In this document: piece by piece, positions 19,011 to 27,746 of the stretch | Layout: every line of letters starts with the position of its first letter | Numbering within the stretch: position 1 is the stretch's first letter | Sequence record: SRR22947727_844 | Strand: one strand, 5' to 3' | DNA length: 44,663 bases | Made by a program: the position numbers and the translations under genes | Notes under the pieces: model-generated | Database searches by the model: none | The model's input: the letters and a program-made list of their open reading frames with translations, nothing else | Told to the model about the DNA's origin: nothing

Positions 19011-20033
19011 TCAAATGTCCATGTCCAAAAGGCCGTTGATCACGTCGCGATAGGCCATCGCGATTCGAATCACCAACCCTGCGACAAAAATAACCACCGC
19101 GAAATAGAACACCTTCGGCGTCCATTCTGCCAACCGGTCCATCGCCTCGCCCGCGTCTTCGTTGTAAAAACGAGCCCACTGATCAATTTCGCGATCCAAT
19201 TCCCCCGATTGCTCCGCGGCAGCAATTCCACGGGCAAAATCATTAGGATAAGCTTCAGCAAATCCGAATATCGCATCTGAAAGCGGCCGCCCCTCTTTCA
19301 CAATCTCAGTTCCTTTCAGTGCGGCTTTCGTGATTGCACCGCTTTGCGCTGCTCTCCCCGCACCTTCCAGTGTTTCGCTCATCCGCAGGCCGGAAAGCAT
19401 ATGAATGTGAAACACCTCGCAGAATCTCGACAGCGCGAGCGATTTCCGGGCTCTCCCAATCAAGGGCAACCGATTCAGAAAAGAATCAATCGGCGCTGAC
19501 GTTTTTGCCGCCCGAAAAACCCACACGAGAAAAATGCCAAGTGCGATCGCCGCGATATAGCCACGAGCGACCCACGAACCGGCGTTGATTGCCATATCCC
19601 AATTCACGCCCCCTTCTTGCAAGACGCTGCTAATCATCGTGATCGCAACAACCGCCAGCGGGATTGCGATGTGGGCCAAAACAAACGGGTAAGCCAGCCC
19701 CCGTAGGATTTTTATCCGCGTTTGGTGCACTCGCCGAAAATAATCAGCCAAGTGAGCCAGCCCTTTTTCCAGAAGCCCACCTTTCTCGGAAGCCGTCACG
19801 ATCTCCACTTCCACGGAAGTCAGTTTTACCCTGCTTCGGTTCAGCGCCTGGCCGATCGAATCCCCCGCGTTGATTCCGTCGACAATTCCACCCAAAATTT
19901 CACGTTCCGCAACCTTCAGCCCCGGCTGGGCCAACATGGATTCGCACGCATTCTCAATGCCGAACCCCGAACGGGCATACTTCTCTAAATTGGAATAAAA
20001 GCGGCTTTTCGCCTTCGCACTGAATCGGGCCAT
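19011..20033 (-). CDS. Type II secretion system F / PilC family protein
   Basis: Two repeats of the GspF pattern (ASEKGGLLEKGL..LADYF; AAEQSGELD), LAYP and RLPLIG. Confidence 0.85.
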   Translation of the reverse strand: MARFSAKAKSRFYSNLEKYARSGFGIENACESMLAQPGLKVAEREILGGIVDGINAGDSIGQALNRSRVKLTSVEVEIVTASEKGGLLEKGLAHLADYFRRVHQTRIKILRGLAYPFVLAHIAIPLAVVAITMISSVLQEGGVNWDMAINAGSWVARGYIAAIALGIFLVWVFRAAKTSAPIDSFLNRLPLIGRARKSLALSRFCEVFHIHMLSGLRMSETLEGAGRAAQSGAITKAALKGTEIVKEGRPLSDAIFGFAEAYPNDFARGIAAAEQSGELDREIDQWARFYNEDAGEAMDRLAEWTPKVFYFAVVIFVAGLVIRIAMAYRDVINGLLDMDI

Positions 20034-20067
20034 GGTGAAGACAACAGTATCAGCCGAAACCGGAAAA

Positions 20068-20107
20068 CAAAACACCCCGGGCGAAAAAATCCGCGCGAGG
20101 TGTTTTT
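20068..20107 (-). terminator. Probable rho-independent terminator
   Basis: Minus strand AAAACACCTCGCGCG-gattttt-TCGCCCGGGGTGTTTTGTTTT: an imperfect hairpin with T-tail, about 25 bp after the 20132 stop. Confidence 0.5.
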
Positions 20108-20131
20108 AAAGTTTCAGACTGGGGCAAAAAA

Positions 20132-20281
20132 TCAGCCAACAGTTCCGGCAGCGACAGCACCCATGCCAGCCAATACCATTCCGACAACAATTCCGATGTA
20201 TGCAAACACGCAGTACATGCCCAGTTTTTTCTGCACATTCAGGAAGAACCAGATGACGCCAAGTCCTAGCAGAAGATTCAA
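20132..20281 (-). CDS. Small 49-aa two-helix membrane protein or gene remnant (not in ORF track)
   Basis: TTG start; NLLLGLGVIWFFLNVQKKLGMYCVFAYIGIVVGMVLAGMGAVAAGTVG*, followed by a terminator-like hairpin. Confidence 0.45.
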   Translation of the reverse strand: MNLLLGLGVIWFFLNVQKKLGMYCVFAYIGIVVGMVLAGMGAVAAGTVG

Positions 20282-20309
20282 AACACAGTCAAGGTTTCTT
20301 AAGTTTATT

Positions 20310-20831
20310 TTATACGGGAAAGCGTCGCGCGCCGACAGTCACTTTGATCATTAATACGCTCTCGTCGGCCTCTTTTTTCCCCAATAGAGCGTCTGTCCGC
20401 ACATTCAGCGACGTCACCAAGGCATCGTCTTCCAAAAGACAGAAAAACGGTTTGTCATTCCTGGACGGACCCACCGTGTTATCAGGCAACTCCTCAATCG
20501 TATGCGGTTTACGCAGGGCGTCCAAAATCGTTTTGAGACGGCCGTCGATGTCTCCAATCACACCTTTTCGCGCCGCGCTGAGCAACACAATATCCAATTC
20601 CGCAAACATCAGGTCTTTCTCAGTGACTAACGGAACAAACTCAAAACCATTGAGTTGATAATTATTTTCAGGGCGGTGCTTTTCCAAAAACGAATGGTAA
20701 GGCTCCTTCGACCACAAATCCTTCAACTGCGGATGCAGCGCTTCTCGAATGACATGCTTATTGAGACGTTTCGAACGGTTTCCCGACGATTTGATAATTC
20801 CTGAGTAAGCGAGGGTAAAAACAAGATTCAC
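20310..20831 (-). CDS. Hypothetical protein with RusA-like endonuclease motifs
   Basis: GDIDGRLKTILDAL and LLEDDALV resemble the RusA DxDNxxKxxxDAL...DD pattern. Confidence 0.6.
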   Translation of the reverse strand: MNLVFTLAYSGIIKSSGNRSKRLNKHVIREALHPQLKDLWSKEPYHSFLEKHRPENNYQLNGFEFVPLVTEKDLMFAELDIVLLSAARKGVIGDIDGRLKTILDALRKPHTIEELPDNTVGPSRNDKPFFCLLEDDALVTSLNVRTDALLGKKEADESVLMIKVTVGARRFPV

Positions 20832-20861
20832 GACACGATGAGCCTACGCCGCGAAATTCCA

Positions 20862-20958
20862 CGAATCAATAGGGTCTGTATGACGAACCAACCCTGTTGA
20901 TTCGAAACGCCTTCACGAACCAACAGGGTACGTTCGACAAATCAATAGGGTTGGTTCG
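20862..20958. repeat. REP-like element cluster (inverted doublet plus direct doublet)
   Basis: cgaatcaatagggt-N15-accctgttgattcg (20862-20904), then cgaaccaacagggtacgttcg (20916) and caaatcaatagggttggttcg (20938). Confidence 0.85.
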
Positions 20959-21018
20959 TAAAAACCTAATCTTTCTTTTCTGCTTTCGAACGGCGGGTTC
21001 TGTCCCTATTTTCGAGGC

Positions 21019-22269
21019 ATGACTCGAATTGGCATTGTTGGCTGCGGACGAATTTTGGCAGCGCATCTCGAAGGGTATCGACTGCTGCGCGAAGCGGGGT
21101 TCGATGATTTTCGAATCACGGCGCTCTGTTCGCGAAAAACGGAGGACGCGCAAAGCTACGTGAAGCGTGGCGAAGAACCCGAGCAACGTGAGCCTGTTTC
21201 TGATATCGCGGGCGATCCGTTGGCCGTTGAAAAACAATATCTCAGCGATTTCCAACCGGAGACAGAAGTCGCAATCTTTACCGATTATCGCGAGATGATC
21301 GAGAACGGACCGATCGATGCCGTGAATGACTTCACGATTCATTCGCTGCATCATCAAATCGCGGAAATTGCGTTCAAAAACGGAAAGCATGTCCTTTCGC
21401 AAAAGCCGCTCGCGGTGACGATGGAAGGAGCCCGCCGAATGTGTGAAGGCGCAGAAAAAGCCGGAGTGACCTTCGGAGTTTTTGAAAATCTCCGTTTTGC
21501 AAAATGGGTTCGGCAAACCGCCTGGGCATTCGGTGACGATGGCCCGCTCGGGAAATTGCAGATGGCCGTGATGGGCAACATTGGAACCTGGTGGGCGCCG
21601 GATTTGATCGTGGCCGAAACGCCATGGCGTCACGTCTTGGCAAACGCTGGCGGGATCAGCCTCGATTTGGGACCGCACTTTTTTGACATGATCCGCTACA
21701 TCGGTGGCTCCGAAATCACTTCGATTTCTGCAACAACTCAGGTCGTTGAGCCCGTTCGCTATTTGATTCGTGACGGCGAAAAAGTAGAACCGTTCGAATG
21801 CGATGCAGATGATACGTTCTACGCAAACTTCAAAACAGAGTCCGGTGCCGGAGGCTCACTTTTTGGAAGTTGGGCAGGACATGGAACCGACACAAAAATA
21901 GGAAACGGTCCCGTTTTTTATGGAGAAAACGGCCGGGTTTCCGGCAATGAGATTCGCCTCGACGGCGAAGCAGAAGCGATGAATCTCGACGAAAAATACG
22001 CGGCGGAAGCTTCTGCGGAAATTAAAGAGCAGCACTTTCCTTACGGACTGGAGAATGACTTTGCGCTGTCGCAGTTGGACTGGTTGCGAGCGATTGAAGG
22101 TGGTAGGCAACCCGAATGCGATGGACGAGAGGGACTACTCGATTTGGCCTGTGCTTACGCCGTTGTGGAATCCGCGAAGGCCAAGCGAACTGTTTCCGTC
22201 GACGAAATTGTGTCGGGTGAGTTGCGAGATTATCAGCAAGTGATCGACGAAAAATTCGATCTCGCGTGA
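21019..22269 (+). CDS. Gfo/Idh/MocA family oxidoreductase
   Basis: RIGIVGCGRI, GKHVLSQKPLA, GGISLDLGPHFFD. Confidence 0.92.
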   Translation: MTRIGIVGCGRILAAHLEGYRLLREAGFDDFRITALCSRKTEDAQSYVKRGEEPEQREPVSDIAGDPLAVEKQYLSDFQPETEVAIFTDYREMIENGPIDAVNDFTIHSLHHQIAEIAFKNGKHVLSQKPLAVTMEGARRMCEGAEKAGVTFGVFENLRFAKWVRQTAWAFGDDGPLGKLQMAVMGNIGTWWAPDLIVAETPWRHVLANAGGISLDLGPHFFDMIRYIGGSEITSISATTQVVEPVRYLIRDGEKVEPFECDADDTFYANFKTESGAGGSLFGSWAGHGTDTKIGNGPVFYGENGRVSGNEIRLDGEAEAMNLDEKYAAEASAEIKEQHFPYGLENDFALSQLDWLRAIEGGRQPECDGREGLLDLACAYAVVESAKAKRTVSVDEIVSGELRDYQQVIDEKFDLA

Positions 22270-22277
22270 GGGACTAA

Positions 22278-22910
22278 TTATTCAACCTTTTTCTCAGCCA
22301 CCGGCTCCCAGCCTTTCGGCTTGAAACGATAGTGACCGACGATTTTCCAACCGGCGATGCCTGTGTCGTAAATCGGACCGCTGCCGATGTTATGGACAAA
22401 TTTGTCGTCCCCGACAACGACTCCGATATGCCAGAGCCCTTTGTTGTTTAGATCCCACGCGACAAGATCGCCGACTTGATAGTCTGCGGCTTTCTGAGAA
22501 ATCGGAAGCTTTGCTCCGGTGCGTTCGAAGTAGCGCTGCAAATTTGGAACACGACGATGATCAATGTTTTTGTCGGCGCGCTTCAATTCCCAGTTTTTCG
22601 GGTATTTCGAGAAGTTCGCTTTCATGTCTTCGTGAACCAATTCCTGCAAATCAATCCCGAGCGCTCGGTAGGTTCGGATTACAACATCGGTGCAGACGCC
22701 GGTATCCGCAGGGACATCGCCGCCCGGGTATTTGAGCACAAAGTAGGCAGGATCGTAGCGAACGGATTCTTTGGTTCGAGCTTCGGCGGCTTCCGCCAGT
22801 TTTTTGAAGAAGTCTACTTCCTGAGCGGGTTTGACCTTGTTTTGGCCAAACCCAGTCGAAACTGAAAGGAAAATTGCGGCGAGAAAGAAAAATGGGAGTG
22901 ATGTCTTCAC
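22278..22910 (-). CDS. DUF1287 (YijF-like) protein
   Basis: YDPAY..LKYPGGDVP..GVCTDVVIR, NIDHRRVPNL, HIGVV, HNIGSG. GTG start chosen ahead of the signal peptide. Confidence 0.88.
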   Translation of the reverse strand: MKTSLPFFFLAAIFLSVSTGFGQNKVKPAQEVDFFKKLAEAAEARTKESVRYDPAYFVLKYPGGDVPADTGVCTDVVIRTYRALGIDLQELVHEDMKANFSKYPKNWELKRADKNIDHRRVPNLQRYFERTGAKLPISQKAADYQVGDLVAWDLNNKGLWHIGVVVGDDKFVHNIGSGPIYDTGIAGWKIVGHYRFKPKGWEPVAEKKVE

Positions 22911-22959
22911 ACCCAAAGCATACGCCGCTTTCACATCGAGTTTTTCAAAAAAGTCGATC

Positions 22960-25900
22960 TCACTTCGCCGTGCGCTCCTCTTCGGACTCGCCATGACTTT
23001 CGCCATTCTTTTTCTTTTTGCCCTTCGTTGACGACGCTACATAAGCGACCAAATCGCGCAGGTCTTCCAGAGGCAATGCCATTCCCATCGGCGGCATCGC
23101 TGAAACCGGAGGGGTAACCTCATCGACATCACTTGTTTTGACCCGTGTCTCGGTGCCATCGACCGCGATCAACACCATCTCAGCATCGTTTTTTTTGGCG
23201 ACACGGCCCATCGTGCTTGTGCCATCTTTGAGCTTCACCGAAGACATTCCATATCCTTCGGAAATGACGGCGTTAGGATCAATCAATGACTCCAGAATTT
23301 GATCAGCTTTGATGCGCTTATGAACTTGAGTCAACTCCGGCCCTTGAATTCCACCCTCGCTGCCAATTTTGTGGCACTGCATGCACGCGCCTTGATTTCG
23401 ATACACTTGCTCACCCCTGACAGGGTCTCCACCCTGCTCAGCAAGTCGCTGTGGGTTTCCAATCTTTGCAGTCGCCCAAGTGGCCACGTCAGCATTTCCA
23501 GCCACGACCAAGCCCTGATAAACATCCAGCCAGAGCGCTTTTCTCAACGCTTTGTCTTTGGAGTTCCACAATGATTCGAGAATGGCAGGATCGCTGCCCG
23601 CAATAGATGCACGTGCCGGCAACAGTGAGCCTTCGCTAATTTCGCGCTTCGCAACTTTATCAATCCCCTCAAGTTTCCGCGTAAATGCATGACGAATCGC
23701 AGAGGCCCGAACGGCTGCTGACTTGTCCTTGAGAAAGGCAGTGACCAAAGTGTTGTCCTCTTCGTGATTCAAACCAGCGAGATTGTCGAGCAGAGCCACG
23801 CGCACCGCTGACGCGAGAGACAAATCACCAACCTGCTCTCGCAAGGTTTTCTCATCCATCGGCACTTCAGCGATACTGGCCAATCCAACGGCAAGTGCTT
23901 TCAAATCCGAATCCTGTTTAGCGCTAATGAAGCTGAGCAGTTCTTTTTGAACCATCTCCCCGAGAGATTTCATCGGGCGCTCTTTGTTTACCTGCGGACG
24001 GTAATGCCCCAGAACGGGATCGGTATCGATAGTGGCTTCCCATTTGTGAAGGCCTTCCAACGCCGCCAACCGAACGGGCTTGGCCACCTCCTTATTTCCC
24101 GCCAAAGAAACGAGGGTTTTTGCATTCTCTGACTGCCCTATCCGATAATTTGCTGCAACGATTCGGCGCTGAATGGTTTCGGGATATTCGGCCGGATCAA
24201 GTGCTGCAAGTTGATTTCCGGCATCCGAATCCAGAATGGCGGTGTCGTAGATCGCGCGGATTACTTCCCGACGAATTTGGGCATCTGAATCGGCCAAAAA
24301 CTTCGCCACTTTTTCGCTTTCGTGACGACGGAGAAATAAAACCGCAAGCAGACGCTCTTCACGTTTGTCAGATTTTACCCGGGCCACGGCTGCTTCATCA
24401 GTTCCGATTCGATCCAAGGCTGACAGAATGGAATGACGAAGCACCACATCGGTAGGCTCAATGTTTGTTGAATAAAGAGCGTCGATCACAGCCGTATCTG
24501 ATTGCGAGGCAACCCGCCCGAGAGAAACCGCTGCCAGTCCCCGAATTCGAAGAGATTCATCCCCCAACTGTGCAACCAGAGCATCTTTGGCAGAACTCGC
24601 CCGACAATCGCCGAGGGCCCGGATGACATTGGCACGAACTTCTGTTGTCTCATCCGCAAGCAATGAGAGTAGGGCTTCCGGCTTCGCTTTTTCCTGACGA
24701 ATCAGCTGTCCCAATCCCCAAACTGCATGCAGGCGGGCAAGTTCATTAGCGGTCGCATCCGTGGCAATTTTCTCCAAGGTTGCGCTATCGGATCGCTTCA
24801 CCAGTTCGAACTGAGCCATCTGGCGAACCCGCTGATCGGCATGTCCCAAAAGCGCTGCGACCTCGTTCGCTTCCGTTTTAGAAAGCCCTGTTTTTACAAG
24901 TTTTGCGACAGCGGCTCCGCGCTCGCGAAGCGCTTCATCTTTTGCTTCAGCGACCTGCACTGACGCATTGTTATTGATACTCCAACCAGCACCAAAATCA
25001 GCCATGTAGAGCTTGCCATCGTACCCGAGTTCAACGTCAGCAACCCCAACTCCGCTAACAATACTGCGAACTGTTGTTGAGGTGTAGCCGGCTCCCCATG
25101 GCTTCATTCCAACCGCCAAAACAGCACAGTTATTGGCGGCACCCCGATAATTAACCATCAAAAACTCGCCACGCAGATTTCCGGGAATCGCGTCACCTGT
25201 CATCCACTCAACGCCCGAAGGACCATTGCCAACGTGAGATGCCGGCGGGTAAACCCACTGCGGCTGCTCTTCATTCCAAGTATCGAACATCCGCTCTGCG
25301 ACCCACATTGAGAGTTTCGGACGAAACTTTCCCCAATCCAAAACTTCAGCGTAATGGTGTGCTGACTGATGAGACATGTCCCAACCGGAATCCGAATTTT
25401 CCACGACATAAACAAAACGAGCTTTGTCACCAATATCTCCGGTGTTGTCGAACGTGAACAGATTTCCATGATCATCGAATGTCAGCTCTTGGGGGTTTCG
25501 CAAGCCGTGAGCAAAGACTTCAAAATTTGAACCGTCGTCGTCGCACCGAAAGATCGCTCCTCGTCCCGAGGCGGATTCCGTTTTGCCTTCTTTCGTCGTG
25601 ACGTTGAAACCGCGATCGCCGATTGAAAAATAAAGACGTCCATCCGGCCCACGAATAATCCCGTGCAAATCATGACCAATAAAAGAAACTCGAACGCCGA
25701 AGCCATCGACCACTTTGTCGTGGGTGTCAGCCACTCCATCATCATTTGCATCCGTCATCTTCCACACCGCAGGAATGCAGGTAAAATAGACCGCATCACG
25801 CTCCGCTAGGATTGAAAAGCCAATCCCGGATTCAGCCTGACGAAAGTGGTCCGAAAAGAGGGTCCGGTGATCAGCTGCACCGTTGCCATCACGATCTTCC

Positions 25901-26325
25901 AGGCGAACAATTCGATCAGCGGCATTAGTGAGCCAGCCTTTCGGAAAGAAGTCTTTGTGGCGCTCATACATGTCGAGCCGGTCCTGAACCGTCTTTGCCT
26001 GAAAATCTTCCCGAATCATCCGATTCGCACCCCGCAAATCAGGAACCCCGAGCCAAAAACGATTGGTCTCGCCCACATAAATTCGCCCCTGAGGGTCGAT
26101 ATCAAGACTCGCTCCGTTTTCAACGAACGGGAACTTCACAAAGGTATGCCCCTGCAATTCCTTGTGACCGATAATGCCTTTGAACGGCTCAACCTTGTTT
26201 GACAACTCAGGTAAGTTCGCTTCTGCAACGGTCGGCAGCTGTTTGTTGTCTTTCGTCAAATCACGATCCTGAGAGAAGGCGATGCCCGCTCCCAGCGTGG
26301 AAAAAATGAGCAGTGTGTATTTCAT
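22960..26325 (-). CDS. PVC-type membrane-bound dehydrogenase / HEAT-repeat / heme-binding CxxCH protein
   Basis: Signal peptide, beta-propeller motifs (HGIIRGPDGRLYFSIGD, GLRNPQEL), HEAT-like repeats, CMQCH, GPELT, SAMP. Confidence 0.88.
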   Translation of the reverse strand: MKYTLLIFSTLGAGIAFSQDRDLTKDNKQLPTVAEANLPELSNKVEPFKGIIGHKELQGHTFVKFPFVENGASLDIDPQGRIYVGETNRFWLGVPDLRGANRMIREDFQAKTVQDRLDMYERHKDFFPKGWLTNAADRIVRLEDRDGNGAADHRTLFSDHFRQAESGIGFSILAERDAVYFTCIPAVWKMTDANDDGVADTHDKVVDGFGVRVSFIGHDLHGIIRGPDGRLYFSIGDRGFNVTTKEGKTESASGRGAIFRCDDDGSNFEVFAHGLRNPQELTFDDHGNLFTFDNTGDIGDKARFVYVVENSDSGWDMSHQSAHHYAEVLDWGKFRPKLSMWVAERMFDTWNEEQPQWVYPPASHVGNGPSGVEWMTGDAIPGNLRGEFLMVNYRGAANNCAVLAVGMKPWGAGYTSTTVRSIVSGVGVADVELGYDGKLYMADFGAGWSINNNASVQVAEAKDEALRERGAAVAKLVKTGLSKTEANEVAALLGHADQRVRQMAQFELVKRSDSATLEKIATDATANELARLHAVWGLGQLIRQEKAKPEALLSLLADETTEVRANVIRALGDCRASSAKDALVAQLGDESLRIRGLAAVSLGRVASQSDTAVIDALYSTNIEPTDVVLRHSILSALDRIGTDEAAVARVKSDKREERLLAVLFLRRHESEKVAKFLADSDAQIRREVIRAIYDTAILDSDAGNQLAALDPAEYPETIQRRIVAANYRIGQSENAKTLVSLAGNKEVAKPVRLAALEGLHKWEATIDTDPVLGHYRPQVNKERPMKSLGEMVQKELLSFISAKQDSDLKALAVGLASIAEVPMDEKTLREQVGDLSLASAVRVALLDNLAGLNHEEDNTLVTAFLKDKSAAVRASAIRHAFTRKLEGIDKVAKREISEGSLLPARASIAGSDPAILESLWNSKDKALRKALWLDVYQGLVVAGNADVATWATAKIGNPQRLAEQGGDPVRGEQVYRNQGACMQCHKIGSEGGIQGPELTQVHKRIKADQILESLIDPNAVISEGYGMSSVKLKDGTSTMGRVAKKNDAEMVLIAVDGTETRVKTSDVDEVTPPVSAMPPMGMALPLEDLRDLVAYVASSTKGKKKKNGESHGESEEERTAK

Positions 26326-26441
26326 AAATCCTATCAGTAAAAATCGGCCGTCCCCGGAGTAGAGCGGTCGGAGTCGTCCCATTTGTTACGATTTCTAATC
26401 GCACAAAGGACCTAGTTCATTTTTCCCCAAAAGCAGCTGCT

Positions 26442-27320
26442 TCACCCCTCGATGCGTTCTTTCAAAACCATCTCCAAATAGTCGCGATAATCGGGGCTAC
26501 GTGTATCTGAGATCACCTTTTCAAAGCCCGCCTGGTCAATGAAATCCATGTTGAAGGCAACTTCCTCAATGCAGGCTACTTTGTAGCTTTGCTGGTGCTC
26601 GACAGTCGCAATGTAATTACTCGCTTCGAGCAGGCTGCGCGGCGTTCCGCTGTCCAGCCAGGCGATTCCCCGCCCCAAAGGCTCACAACGCAGTTCGCCT
26701 TTCTTGAAATACTCCAAATTTACGTCCGTGATTTCAAGCTCGCCGCGAGGTGATGGCTGAACTTGTTTGGTATATTCCACGATATTGTTGTCGTAGACGT
26801 ACAGCCCCGGAACCGCAAAATTGCTCTTCGGTTCTTTCGGTTTTTCCTCAAGGCTGACCACTTTGTAATCGCCATCAAATTGAATCACGCCAAAACGTTC
26901 GGGGTCACGAACGGGATATCCAAAAATGCAGGCTCCTTCCGGACGACTCAGCGCTTTGCGGAAGAAATCGAGTTTGCCGTGAAAAATGTTGTCTCCGAGA
27001 ATCAGCGTGCAGCCATCGTCACCAATGAATTTTTCTCCAATCAAAAACGCCTGCGCAATGCCCTTGGGCTCGGGTTGAACCGCATATTCGATGTTCATCC
27101 CGAGACGAGAGCCGTCGCCTAGCAGCTGCTCGATCATCGGTGTATCTTTCGGGGTCGAAATAATCAGCACGTCCTCGATTCCACCCAGCATTAGGGTCGA
27201 AAGCGGATAATAAATCATCGGCTTGTCATAAACCGGCAGCAACTGCTTGCAGGCGACGTCGGTGAGTGGATATAGGCGGGTTCCCGCGCCTCCGGCGAGG
27301 ATGATTCCTTTGCGTTTCAT
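26442..27320 (-). CDS. rfbA: Glucose-1-phosphate thymidylyltransferase
   Basis: KGIILAGGAGTRLYPLT, KQLLPVYDKPMIYYPLS, LILGDN, EEKP, RGELEITD, AWLDSGT. Confidence 0.97.
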   Translation of the reverse strand: MKRKGIILAGGAGTRLYPLTDVACKQLLPVYDKPMIYYPLSTLMLGGIEDVLIISTPKDTPMIEQLLGDGSRLGMNIEYAVQPEPKGIAQAFLIGEKFIGDDGCTLILGDNIFHGKLDFFRKALSRPEGACIFGYPVRDPERFGVIQFDGDYKVVSLEEKPKEPKSNFAVPGLYVYDNNIVEYTKQVQPSPRGELEITDVNLEYFKKGELRCEPLGRGIAWLDSGTPRSLLEASNYIATVEHQQSYKVACIEEVAFNMDFIDQAGFEKVISDTRSPDYRDYLEMVLKERIEG

Positions 27321-27457
27321 GATTTTCTGTCAGTGTTTCGTGGACGCGGATTTTAAGAGAGAATTTTTAAAAATCACGTCTCATCTGCGTAAACTTTGTT
27401 GAAAGATTTTTACAGTGTTCTGACAAACTGCGGAGGGGAATAGCCTAGGATTGAGAG

Positions 27458-27676
27458 ATGAAGAGGCCCAAATGGCATGTGTTCAGCAATCTGCTAATCA
27501 TCGCGCTGATTGTGGTTGCAATCTACGCAGGCGGGTTCCTGCTCCTTCGAATGCAGTTTGTAAAACTCGCAACGAAAAATTCCGGAACCTTAATATACCA
27601 CAGCCAATCTCTGGCTATGAAGCCAAACAGCCCCATTGGATTAGCCATCGACATCCACAAGCCAGCTTTCCTATAG
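27458..27676 (+). CDS. Small hypothetical membrane-anchored protein (possibly truncated)
   Basis: ATG ORF filling the rfbA-glmM gap, with one N-terminal TM helix. Confidence 0.45.
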   Translation: MKRPKWHVFSNLLIIALIVVAIYAGGFLLLRMQFVKLATKNSGTLIYHSQSLAMKPNSPIGLAIDIHKPAFL

Positions 27677-27746
27677 GAAACGAAATATCACGAAGGAAAT
27701 TTGATAATCATAAACGGATGGAGTTCCGGAATGAGAATGTGGCAAA

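Noticed and set aside
19011-20033. Orphan pilC/gspF-like gene (and orphan lolD-like gene at 15193-15918) as a new system
   Set aside because: Scattered operons are expected in this kind of genome, and nothing in the window links them to their neighbours.
20866-21678. 270-aa minus-strand ORF ending in repeat-derived sequence
   Set aside because: Antisense shadow of the Gfo/Idh/MocA gene.
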